Shown here one piece after another: positions 28,871 to 37,700 of a DNA stretch of 64,000 nt. Each line of letters begins with the position of its first letter. The first letter of the stretch is position 1. Under the pieces are notes generated by a model, which was not told the DNA's origin, ran no database searches, and saw nothing but the letters and a program-made list of their open reading frames with translations. This DNA is from a virus. The DNA lies in IMG/VR virus record IMGVR_UViG_3300017752_000004, positions 9,135 through 73,134 of that record. One strand, written 5' to 3'. Position numbers and translations under genes: made by a program.

Positions 28871-28873
28871 TAT

Positions 28874-28889
28874 TGGCACGCGCTTTGCA
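28874..28889 (+). promoter_or_regulatory. sigma54 (-24/-12) promoter upstream of hsp20
   Basis: TGGCACG-CGCT-TTGCA, exact match to TGGCACG-N4-TTGCW. Confidence 0.75.
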
Positions 28890-28902
28890 AATAGAAAAGC
28901 CT

Positions 28903-29268
28903 ATGAACACAGAATTAATAAATCAAATTGAAAAAGCATTCTACGAAGGTTTTAGCGATAGCTCTTTCCGTAAGCACGGAAAGGGTTATGTTGGGCCATT
29001 GGAAATAGTAGAGAATGAAAACCATTACATTGTAACAAAAGTTATAGTTGGATTCGAGTCGGCTGAAATAACAGCTAACGTTCGAAAAAGCATTTTAAAA
29101 GTTTTTGTAAACGATGAAAAAGAAAAACCCGCCAATGTGGTCAGCATAAAACTAGACGCCGACTATATTAACGCTTTTAAAATCTCCTCTAAATTAAAAA
29201 ATGGGATTCTGAAAATTAAACTTCCAAAATCCGAAAATTCCAAAACAGTTAAAATTTCTGTAGAATAA
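28903..29268 (+). CDS. Small heat-shock protein (Hsp20-like)
   Basis: ISSKLKNGILKIKLPK and C-terminal ISV (IxI) motif; start ATG 28903. Confidence 0.75.
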   Translation: MNTELINQIEKAFYEGFSDSSFRKHGKGYVGPLEIVENENHYIVTKVIVGFESAEITANVRKSILKVFVNDEKEKPANVVSIKLDADYINAFKISSKLKNGILKIKLPKSENSKTVKISVE

Positions 29269-29272
29269 ATTC

Positions 29273-29306
29273 AAGCCCTCGATTGAAAAGATCGGGGGCT
29301 TTTTTA
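29273..29306 (+). terminator. Intrinsic terminator
   Basis: AAGCCCTCGAT-TGAAAAG-ATCGGGGGCTT followed by a T-run. Confidence 0.75.
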
Positions 29307-29315
29307 TTATTTATT

Positions 29316-29729
29316 ATGCCATTATATTTATACGAAAACAAAGAAACCAAAGAAGTTGTAGAGGTCTTTCAAGGCATGAACGATACTCATGAGTATGACG
29401 GCGAGGATGGTAGCGAGAAAAGCCTCTGGAGACGTGTTTATGTCAATCCTGGGTTATCATTTGACACTAAGATGGATGCGTTTGACTCTAAATCTTTTGT
29501 AGCTTCAACTATCAACAAAAATGATACGTTTGGAGATTTGCAAAATAGAGCAGCAGAAGCGTCAGAAATTCGAGCGCAAAAAAACGGAGGCAAGGACCCA
29601 GTCAAAGAAAAGTATTACAATGATTATAAGAAAAAAACAAACGGAAAGCTGCACCCCAACGAACAAAAAGAAAAGTTTAAATCAGCTATAAAAAAAGCAG
29701 AAAAAAAAGGTCTTAACGTAGAGCTTTAA
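29316..29729 (+). CDS. FmdB-like small protein without Zn-binding Cys
   Basis: MPLYLY...EV.Q.MND...RVY pattern; start ATG 29316. Confidence 0.55.
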   Translation: MPLYLYENKETKEVVEVFQGMNDTHEYDGEDGSEKSLWRRVYVNPGLSFDTKMDAFDSKSFVASTINKNDTFGDLQNRAAEASEIRAQKNGGKDPVKEKYYNDYKKKTNGKLHPNEQKEKFKSAIKKAEKKGLNVEL

Positions 29730-29731
29730 CT

Positions 29732-30862
29732 TTATTCTAATGCTGTAAAATCTCCATTAGACAACAACAAGCGTCTTGAGTTTTCTAACAACAACAGCCC
29801 ATCAATTTCAGGAAATTGCACTTCGCAGTTATTAATATCAAAATCAAAAGATAGCTCTGAGTTTAATTCTTGGCCAATTGATGAAGAATTGTTTTGTGAT
29901 TTAAACTTAGCTTCGTTTATTTGTATATTGAATGCTTCATTGCTATAGTTTTGCCCACTTATATTTAAAGTGTAAGACTCCTCTGAATTTAAAAAATCTT
30001 TTAAGTTCGCTCGAACACCACTAACCTCAAATGTCGAAACTTTATTAGAAAAATTAAAGCTTCCCTTGTTGGGGTATGTAGCTTTTCTTATTATTGGGTA
30101 TCTCTTGCCTATTCCGTAAATAGTTTTTCTATTAATCGGCAGGTCTAGACTAAAATCTTGAATACAGTCGGATTCAATTAAAAAATTTCCAACAGAGCTG
30201 TTGCCGCTAATCAAAACATTGGTTGAATAATATGGTATAATATTATCGATTTCACTCAAATAGTAGTCGCCCATTTCGGAAAACTGAACAGTCCCACTTT
30301 GCAATTGATTTCCTGTTAGGTTTATTGCTGGAGAATGCCCGCTGAAAATATTATTATCCTGCACCAACTCCTGGGCCTGAACATTACTTCCAACAAAAGA
30401 ATATGCTGAATTTATTATTCCATTAACAGATTGAGACATGGAGATGTTATCTAAAAAACAATTTCCAAAACCGATAACAGTCTTTCCAGATAAGTTTGCA
30501 TAAGAAGCGTCAACTCCTCTCTGATCACCAATCACTGCATAAAAATTTCTGTCTAAATCAAGATTGTTTTTTACTCCACTTGAAGAAAACACAGAAGAGA
30601 ACAAATCTCCAAAATTTTCTATAGCATTGACTGTAAGATTTACGTCTGGAGCATTTTTGATAGATTGGTTTACGAAACCCTTTGTCCCTAGCGCGGCTAC
30701 GTCTGTCCTTTGAATATCAAAAGAAAAATCCACGCCCTGCACTAAAGGCAAAAATGAAATATTGCTACCACTATTTGATTCAGCTCCGCAAGCGGGCGTA
30801 CTGCTCTGCAAAAGGGCAATATTTTCATAAGTTATTATCGGTCTATTTATATTTATAGGCAT
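29732..30862 (-). CDS. Tail-tube-like protein (paralog of 44032..45162)
   Basis: VQGVDFSFDIQRTDVAALG vs VQSANYSFNITRQDINQFG; FGNCFL vs IGNAFL; SSSIG in both. Confidence 0.65.
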   Translation of the reverse strand: MPININRPIITYENIALLQSSTPACGAESNSGSNISFLPLVQGVDFSFDIQRTDVAALGTKGFVNQSIKNAPDVNLTVNAIENFGDLFSSVFSSSGVKNNLDLDRNFYAVIGDQRGVDASYANLSGKTVIGFGNCFLDNISMSQSVNGIINSAYSFVGSNVQAQELVQDNNIFSGHSPAINLTGNQLQSGTVQFSEMGDYYLSEIDNIIPYYSTNVLISGNSSVGNFLIESDCIQDFSLDLPINRKTIYGIGKRYPIIRKATYPNKGSFNFSNKVSTFEVSGVRANLKDFLNSEESYTLNISGQNYSNEAFNIQINEAKFKSQNNSSSIGQELNSELSFDFDINNCEVQFPEIDGLLLLENSRRLLLSNGDFTALE

Positions 30863-30870
30863 AATTGTAT

Positions 30871-33800
30871 TTACGCAGGGCCTCCATCAAAAATGGTCCA
30901 TAAATCGCCTGTATTGAGATTTGTTCTGGCCGCCTCTGCGGCTCCACCAGCCGTGTATAAGCTACCTCCAAAACTAACGTTACTCATTGAGCTCCTTACG
31001 CTCTGAGCGTCCCACGCTATCAGCAAAGAATCATAGCGGGATGTAGGTAGAGTCACGCCTCTGCAAAAATATCCCAGTCCATATATTGAGTCAAGAGCCT
31101 CTATATTGAATTGATCTACACCAATTATATCGCTTAAGCTACTGCAACCATCAAACATTCCATACATATCGGTAGCAGACGATGTGTCAAAACTCGACAC
31201 ATCTAAACCTGTTAAACTATTACAATCCTCAAACATTCGATTCATATCAGTAGCAGACGATGTGTTAAAATTAGATACATCTAAACTTGTTAAGTCGTAG
31301 CACCTGTTAAACATTGAGCCTAGATCAACAACGGAAGAAGTGTCAAAATTAGACGAATCTAAACCTGTTAAGCTGCGGCAATCATCAAACATTCGACCCA
31401 TTCTAGTGACCGAGGAAGTGTCAAAACTAGACAAATCCAAACTTGTTAAGTCAGTACAATTTCTAAACATGCTGGTTGTTTCTGTAAGCAAAGGGGTGTT
31501 GAAGTTGGATAGATCTACACTAGTTAAGTCGTAACATCGATAAAACATCAAAGATGTGTCAAGAACAGAAGACCCATCAAAATTAGACAAATCTAAACCC
31601 GTTAAATCAGAACAATTCTGAAATACTCCATACATATTGATTACCAAGGAAGTGTTAAAATTAGATACATCTAGACTTGTTAAGCTGTGGCAATTTTCAA
31701 ACATTTGATACATGATGGTGACCGAGGAAGTGTCAAAACTCGACAAATCTAAACTTGTTAATTCGCGGCAATCTCTAAACATTTGTTGCATATCGGTAGC
31801 AGACGATGTGTCAAAACTCGACACATCTAAACCTGTTAAACTATTACAATCTTCAAACATTCGATTCATATCAGTAGCAGACGATGTGTTAAAATTAGAT
31901 ACATCTAAACTTGTTAAGTCAAAGCACCTGTTAAACATTGCGCTTAGATTAATAACAGAAGAAGCGTCAAAATTAGACAAATCCAAACCTGTTAATTTAT
32001 AGCAGTTTCTAAACATTTCATACATGCTAGTGACCGAGGAAGTGTCAAAACTAGACAAATCCAAACTTGTTAAATCATAGCAATATCCAAACATTCCGCC
32101 TAGATCAACAACGGAAGAAGTGTCAAAACTAGACAAATCTAAACCCGTTAAATCATAGCAACTGTTAAACATTCCACCTAGATCAACAACGGAAGAAGTG
32201 TCCAAATTAGACAAATCCAAACCTGTTAAGTTAGAGCAGCTTCTAAACATTTCATACATGTCAGTGACCGAGGAAGTGTCAAAACTAGACAAATCCAAAC
32301 TTGTTAAGTCGCGGCAATTTTCAAACATTTGTTGCGTACCAGTAGCAGACGATGTGTCAAAATTAGACAAATCTAAACCTGTTAAGCTATAGCAACTGTT
32401 AAACATTCCTCCTAGATCAACAACAGAAGAAGTGTCCAAATTAGATACATCTAGACCTGCTAAGCTAGAGCAGTTTCTAAACATTTCATACATGCTAGTG
32501 ACCGAGGAAGTGTCAAAACTAGACAAATCTAAACCCGTTAAATCATAGCAATATCCAAACATTCCGCCTAGATCAACAACGGAAGAAGTGTCCAAATTAG
32601 ATACATCTAGACCTGCTAAGCTAGAGCAGCTTCTAAACATTTCATACATGCTGGTAACCGAGGAAGTGTCAAAATTAGACAAATCCAAACCTGTTAAGTC
32701 GGAGCAACTGTTAAACATTCCGCCTAGATCAACAACGGAAGAAGTGTCCAAATTAGATACATCTAGACCTGTTAAGTTGCGGCAATCTTCAAACATTCGA
32801 TTCATATCAGTAGCAGACGATGTGTTGAAATTAGATACATCTAAACTTGTTAAGTCGTAGCACCTGTTAAACATTGCGCCTAGATTAATAACAGAAGAAG
32901 TGTCAAAATTAGACAAATCCAAACCTGTTAAGTTAGAGCAGTTGCTAAACATTTCATACATGCCAGTGACCGAGGAAGTGTTAAAATTAGATAAATCTAA
33001 ACTTGTTAAGCTGGAGCAATTGCTAAACATTTGTTGCATATCCATAACCGAAGATACATCAAAATTAGAAACATTTAACCCTGTTGACGCAGAAGAGCAA
33101 GAATCAAACATAGAACGCATACCAGTTACAGAAGATGTATCAAAACTAGACAAATCCAGATCAACTACACTATAGCAGCCGCTAAACATACAATTCATGT
33201 CAACAGAAGAAGAAGTGTTTAATTTAGAAAAATCTGTGTTTTGGCTATCTAATGACTGACAGTTCCTAAACATATTCTGCATACCAGTAACGCCAGAAGA
33301 AGTTAATCCAGCCATGTCTAGCCCCGTTAAATTGACACAATCCCGAAACATTCCATCCATGTTGGTTACCAAGGAAGTATTTGTGTTTCCCGCCCTGAAA
33401 CTAACCATATTGGTCCATCCATAAAAAGCCTCGCTCAGATCACCCCAACCTACATCACCAAGCTGATTGACTGACGTAACCTTTTCCTTATGACCTAAAA
33501 TAGGTAGGCTAATATTTGGTATGTAGCCGCCTACCGTTATGTTGTAATTTCCAGTGGTTGCGTATACATGTCTCATCTCAGGGTCGTTATACCCAGTAAT
33601 AATGCTTGTCTGTCCATCTCCCCACCCAATCCTTACATTATTTCCACTTTCATTTTCCCCAGAAATTTGTATTAGCTGATTGTTAACCGTAGTCAATACA
33701 TTCATAGAGAATCTATTTTTTTCGAGATTTGCTCTATAATTATCAAAAAGATCAGGTTTTTTAAATAAAAATATTTCATCAAGAGTCAACTCTAAGTCAT

Positions 33801-34779
33801 TGCAATCCTTATATACAAATTTATGATCCAAAGATTTTATTACAAAAAATTTCTTCTTATTATACAACTGGGGTAGGGTTAACTCAAAAGGTCTGTAATC
33901 TTCATGTTTTTCCATAAAGTGTATAATTGACCTAACCTCTTTGTTCGATCTATTCTTCAAAGATAAAGACAAATCCTTTATCAATCCGCCGTTTTGATCC
34001 TGCTTAATAAAAGAAGAAAAAGAGTCCTTTATCTCAAAAATATTAATTGACCTATCTGACCCTATAGATATATCATCATCTATTTCATAAAAAAAAGATC
34101 TCGACCATGCTGAGCCTGACCCAGTAGGGCTGTTTTCTGATTCGGATGCATGACCAGAGTTGCAGTAGTAAAAGTTTTCTCTTCTGTCTGCTATTTTATA
34201 ATAACTTCCAGTTTCAAAATAATCAGAATTTTGTTCGACATATCCTGAGTAGTAAATTACATCGAATTCCTTGTAATCAATCCCAGTTTCCCATTCCGAA
34301 TAAAAATTTGCAGTATTTAAATAAGAAGATCCTCTCCAATTAAATAATGATGAGTATCCATTTTTTAATAAATTTAAATCTATATCAAAAAGGCCGTTAT
34401 GAAATTTAAAGTCATAATCTTGTATTAATAACTCGTCTATGTTTTTGTATATAGACCCAGTTGGGAAAGCTATCTCTACTCCACTAGAACCTGTTGTATT
34501 AAAATTAAAATCGCCATCACTAGAAGCTAGAGTTTCTTCTATAAAATGCAAAAACGACCTAGCCTCATCCTCTGTTTTGTTGGAGAACTTTAAATTAAAT
34601 TTTAAATTAGTTCCGTTTACGCCTTTTGAGAATTTTTTGTAATAATTATCCGCTGTGTTAAAATGAACGTTTTTATTTTCGAAAGATACTTTTGATCCAT
34701 ATTCTGGTACAAAAGTAAATGGCAAAACAGGACCGTCTATATTGTGGTCTCTATCGTATCTGTTTGTAGATTGACTCAT
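30871..34779 (-). CDS. Minor tail protein fused to a PKD-like domain and a BspA/DUF285-type LRR array
   Basis: Follows the tape measure; IGWGDG PKD-like motif; about 29 repeats of LTxLDxSxFDTSSVxxMxxMFxxC. Confidence 0.8.
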   Translation of the reverse strand: MSQSTNRYDRDHNIDGPVLPFTFVPEYGSKVSFENKNVHFNTADNYYKKFSKGVNGTNLKFNLKFSNKTEDEARSFLHFIEETLASSDGDFNFNTTGSSGVEIAFPTGSIYKNIDELLIQDYDFKFHNGLFDIDLNLLKNGYSSLFNWRGSSYLNTANFYSEWETGIDYKEFDVIYYSGYVEQNSDYFETGSYYKIADRRENFYYCNSGHASESENSPTGSGSAWSRSFFYEIDDDISIGSDRSINIFEIKDSFSSFIKQDQNGGLIKDLSLSLKNRSNKEVRSIIHFMEKHEDYRPFELTLPQLYNKKKFFVIKSLDHKFVYKDCNDLELTLDEIFLFKKPDLFDNYRANLEKNRFSMNVLTTVNNQLIQISGENESGNNVRIGWGDGQTSIITGYNDPEMRHVYATTGNYNITVGGYIPNISLPILGHKEKVTSVNQLGDVGWGDLSEAFYGWTNMVSFRAGNTNTSLVTNMDGMFRDCVNLTGLDMAGLTSSGVTGMQNMFRNCQSLDSQNTDFSKLNTSSSVDMNCMFSGCYSVVDLDLSSFDTSSVTGMRSMFDSCSSASTGLNVSNFDVSSVMDMQQMFSNCSSLTSLDLSNFNTSSVTGMYEMFSNCSNLTGLDLSNFDTSSVINLGAMFNRCYDLTSLDVSNFNTSSATDMNRMFEDCRNLTGLDVSNLDTSSVVDLGGMFNSCSDLTGLDLSNFDTSSVTSMYEMFRSCSSLAGLDVSNLDTSSVVDLGGMFGYCYDLTGLDLSSFDTSSVTSMYEMFRNCSSLAGLDVSNLDTSSVVDLGGMFNSCYSLTGLDLSNFDTSSATGTQQMFENCRDLTSLDLSSFDTSSVTDMYEMFRSCSNLTGLDLSNLDTSSVVDLGGMFNSCYDLTGLDLSSFDTSSVVDLGGMFGYCYDLTSLDLSSFDTSSVTSMYEMFRNCYKLTGLDLSNFDASSVINLSAMFNRCFDLTSLDVSNFNTSSATDMNRMFEDCNSLTGLDVSSFDTSSATDMQQMFRDCRELTSLDLSSFDTSSVTIMYQMFENCHSLTSLDVSNFNTSLVINMYGVFQNCSDLTGLDLSNFDGSSVLDTSLMFYRCYDLTSVDLSNFNTPLLTETTSMFRNCTDLTSLDLSSFDTSSVTRMGRMFDDCRSLTGLDSSNFDTSSVVDLGSMFNRCYDLTSLDVSNFNTSSATDMNRMFEDCNSLTGLDVSSFDTSSATDMYGMFDGCSSLSDIIGVDQFNIEALDSIYGLGYFCRGVTLPTSRYDSLLIAWDAQSVRSSMSNVSFGGSLYTAGGAAEAARTNLNTGDLWTIFDGGPA
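31140..33400 (-). repeat. Coding tandem repeat, about 29 units of about 78 nt
   Basis: 29 MFxxC-type motifs at about 26-aa spacing; near-identical DNA blocks at 31168-31296 and 31792-31920. Confidence 0.9.
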
Positions 34780-37700
34780 TTATTTTTTATATAAGTAGTT
34801 TAATGTCCCGCCAGTTCTGGATTCCTCTTGAACAACCGTGGTAACCGCTGCCTTGACTTTCTGCGCAAAATCGCGCTGTTGGTCGTCATCGCCTTTTTCG
34901 CCCGCTTGCTCTGCCTTGCCACCTTGAATATTAAAAGTAAAGTCAGAAGTGTTTGTGACCTGAGATGCAGAATTGGACGCAGTCCCAGCCTCGACAGAAA
35001 CAGGGCTAACAACGCCACCGTTCTGAAATCCTCGCATTGGCATAACGCCCTCATTTATGCTTGATAAAAAACCAGATCCATATTTCTCGACCGCAGATTT
35101 TTTCATAACAAATTCCCCAGGAGTTAACATAGCTGGTATGGTATCGGTTGGGCCAACTGATCCGCCATTAGCAAATCCCACTGGACCTCCATTTGCAAAA
35201 CCAAAACCAAAAGCACTTAATGCCATCTTAGCAATTCCGCCAATTCCCCCGCCGCCGCCGCTATCTCCAGAGAAGAAGCTGCCCAAATTAGTGGTAAGTC
35301 CTTTAAAAATAGTACCAAGCCCATCTTTTAATTTTCCAAACAAATCGCCAAATGTGGTTTTCAACCCTCTAAAAGATTCCATCAGGGTGTCTTTGAGTTT
35401 TGAAAAAATTCCTTCGCCCTTTCCTTCTCCAGCTAAAGCATCAACTGGATTAGTGGCCGAAGCAGAGCTTACTGTATATATTGGATTGCCAGCAGTGCCA
35501 TCTGGAGAAGCTGCGCCGCTTTTGCCTCCAAACAGGCTTTTTACTCCTCCTAATATACCGCCGTCTGATTCTGCAGACCCGCCACCAAACAAGCCTCCTT
35601 TGCCTTCCGAACTCCCAAACAATGCAGATGTAGCTTGGTCTGCTGCTTGCTGCAAAAATGCATCTTTTATAAACCCTAAAAAGTTTCTTCCAGCATCGGA
35701 CAAAGCCTCATCTAAAGTTTTTGCCTGGCTGACCGCTTCCTGAAGAGCTGACCCCAAGTTGCTAGAAAATTGTGCTGGTATATTTTCGCCCAACTCATCA
35801 CGAAAGAAAGCTATATCGTTCTCTAAATTACCAAGACCCTTCCTTATTCCTCCGCCAAATCCTTGCGGTTTACTAAGGTCATTTATTTTCTGTTGTAATT
35901 TTACTTCTTCGAGCTTGTTGTCCAATATTTTCTCTTGAATTAATGCCTTCTCTACAGCGAGGTCAAAATCTATTTTGGCGTCTTTAGTTAGTTCTATGCC
36001 AGCTTCGACAAGCCCCTTTTCAATTAAAAGTAAGCTAGATCCTGCCTCAACCTGGCCCTCTATAAATTCTTTCTGCTCTTCAGAAAAAATAGTAGCATCT
36101 CTGATTGATTTTACGTAGTCTTCTGTGATTCTGAATTCTTCTTTAGCTTTTTCTACGAGAAATTTCTTTAAAGCTATCTCATTTTCTAGACCTACTTTTC
36201 TTATTGTTGTGGCAGCTTCAGCTAAATCAAGTTCTTTGTTTCTTATCTCGGATAAAGCTCCGCTTTGAAATATAGTCTCTATTTGTCCAGTCTTCGTAGA
36301 TTCTAACTGCTTTGTTGTATCAAACCCACCAGCCGCAAATCTTCCTTGACCTAATCTGTCTTTAAAATCTTTTTTTGCCTTACCTCCTGTAAAAGCGCCT
36401 TCGCCAAAACCAGCTGCAACTTTTAGCGCTGTATCGGCGGCTTTTTCGGCGGCGGCATCAATAAGATCAATCGCCTTGATCATGTTTTCGGCAAACAGAT
36501 CCGCATCAAACTGCTTGACGGTTTCGGTTTTGATTTGTATTCCAGTTCCTGTCCTAATTTTTACGTCTTTTTGACTCGCGTTTACTATGTCTTGCAAAGC
36601 GTTTTTGTCTCCAACCTTTGCCAAAGACGCACTTAATGTGCTTTTATCTTTTATGCCGCCAAAAAACCCTTTATTAATTCCAGTTAATCCACCTAACTGT
36701 TCTTCGAGCAAGTCTTCTATACTTTTCTTTTTATCCTCCTCAATGCCTAATTTTTCTTTAAGCTCTGCTTGTTTCTGAGCCGCCTTTAAGTCGGCGACAA
36801 ATGCCGACCTTAAAGCTGAGGAAGCTTCTTTTGACCCAGACGACAATTCTCCCAGATCAATATTTTTGAGTTCTTCGTTTAGTTTTTCAAATCCTGTTTT
36901 TGTTTTTGTTAACTCTAAAACTAATGGAGCTAAGACAGTGCCAATTGCAACTGCAGTACCGATGCCAGGAAGCGCACCACCAACTCCAGCTATACCTCTG
37001 CCTAATTTACCTTTAGCTCCTACGAGTTTACCCTCTGAGTATTTCATTGGATTCCCCGTCTTCGGACTACGATATGTAGCCAACTCTACTCCAAAGCTAC
37101 TCAACTTAGCCCCAATCTTTTCCACTGGCCCTTTCAATAAAGTGAGCGAGGTTAGAGCAGAAGCAGCAAAAGCTATTTCACTAATAAATTTGCCAATACC
37201 ACCTTCTGCAGTACTGAACGCACTGCTCAAGAAATAAAGCCCAGTAGAAGCAGCTAAAATCCCACCACCAAGGCCCCCATCAGAAGAACCTCCTGGCGTT
37301 GCTGGCGTCGATCTTCCTCCAGAAGCGAAATTTGGAATAGCCCCAGTTGGCTCATCTCTGGTATTTGTAACAGCAAGACCCATTGGGTTTTGCGAGTTAC
37401 GTAGTTTGCCGCTTTGATTAATTCTTATTTGGTTTATTGGAAGACCAGCAGCTTGCTCTCTTGCGACTGCTTCGTCTAAAGCTCCGCCAGCAAAATTTGG
37501 GATATAACCTCCAGCAGCGTTACCTGTGTCCTTCAACACCTTATCAAACATGCTCTTTTTGCTGTCTGGACTGAGTCTTATCTTAGCTTCTATTTGTGTG
37601 GCTTTTCCCAATTGTGGAAAAAGTTTTTTTAATTGCGAATTTGCATTACTTCCAGAAAAATCAAAAGCAGCAATTTCGGACCTTGAATCAAAATCCTTTG

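Noticed and set aside
31340-33175. Plus-strand repetitive ORFs (MSKLDKSKPVKL...)
   Set aside because: Antisense shadows of the LRR repeats.
31140-33400. Periodic DNA as a CRISPR array or DGR target
   Set aside because: The 78-nt units are in-frame coding repeats with no unique spacers. No cas genes, reverse transcriptase or adenine-specific TR/VR pair are seen.
35057-35743. 228-aa Pro-rich plus-strand ORF
   Set aside because: Antisense of the Gly-rich tape measure C-terminus.
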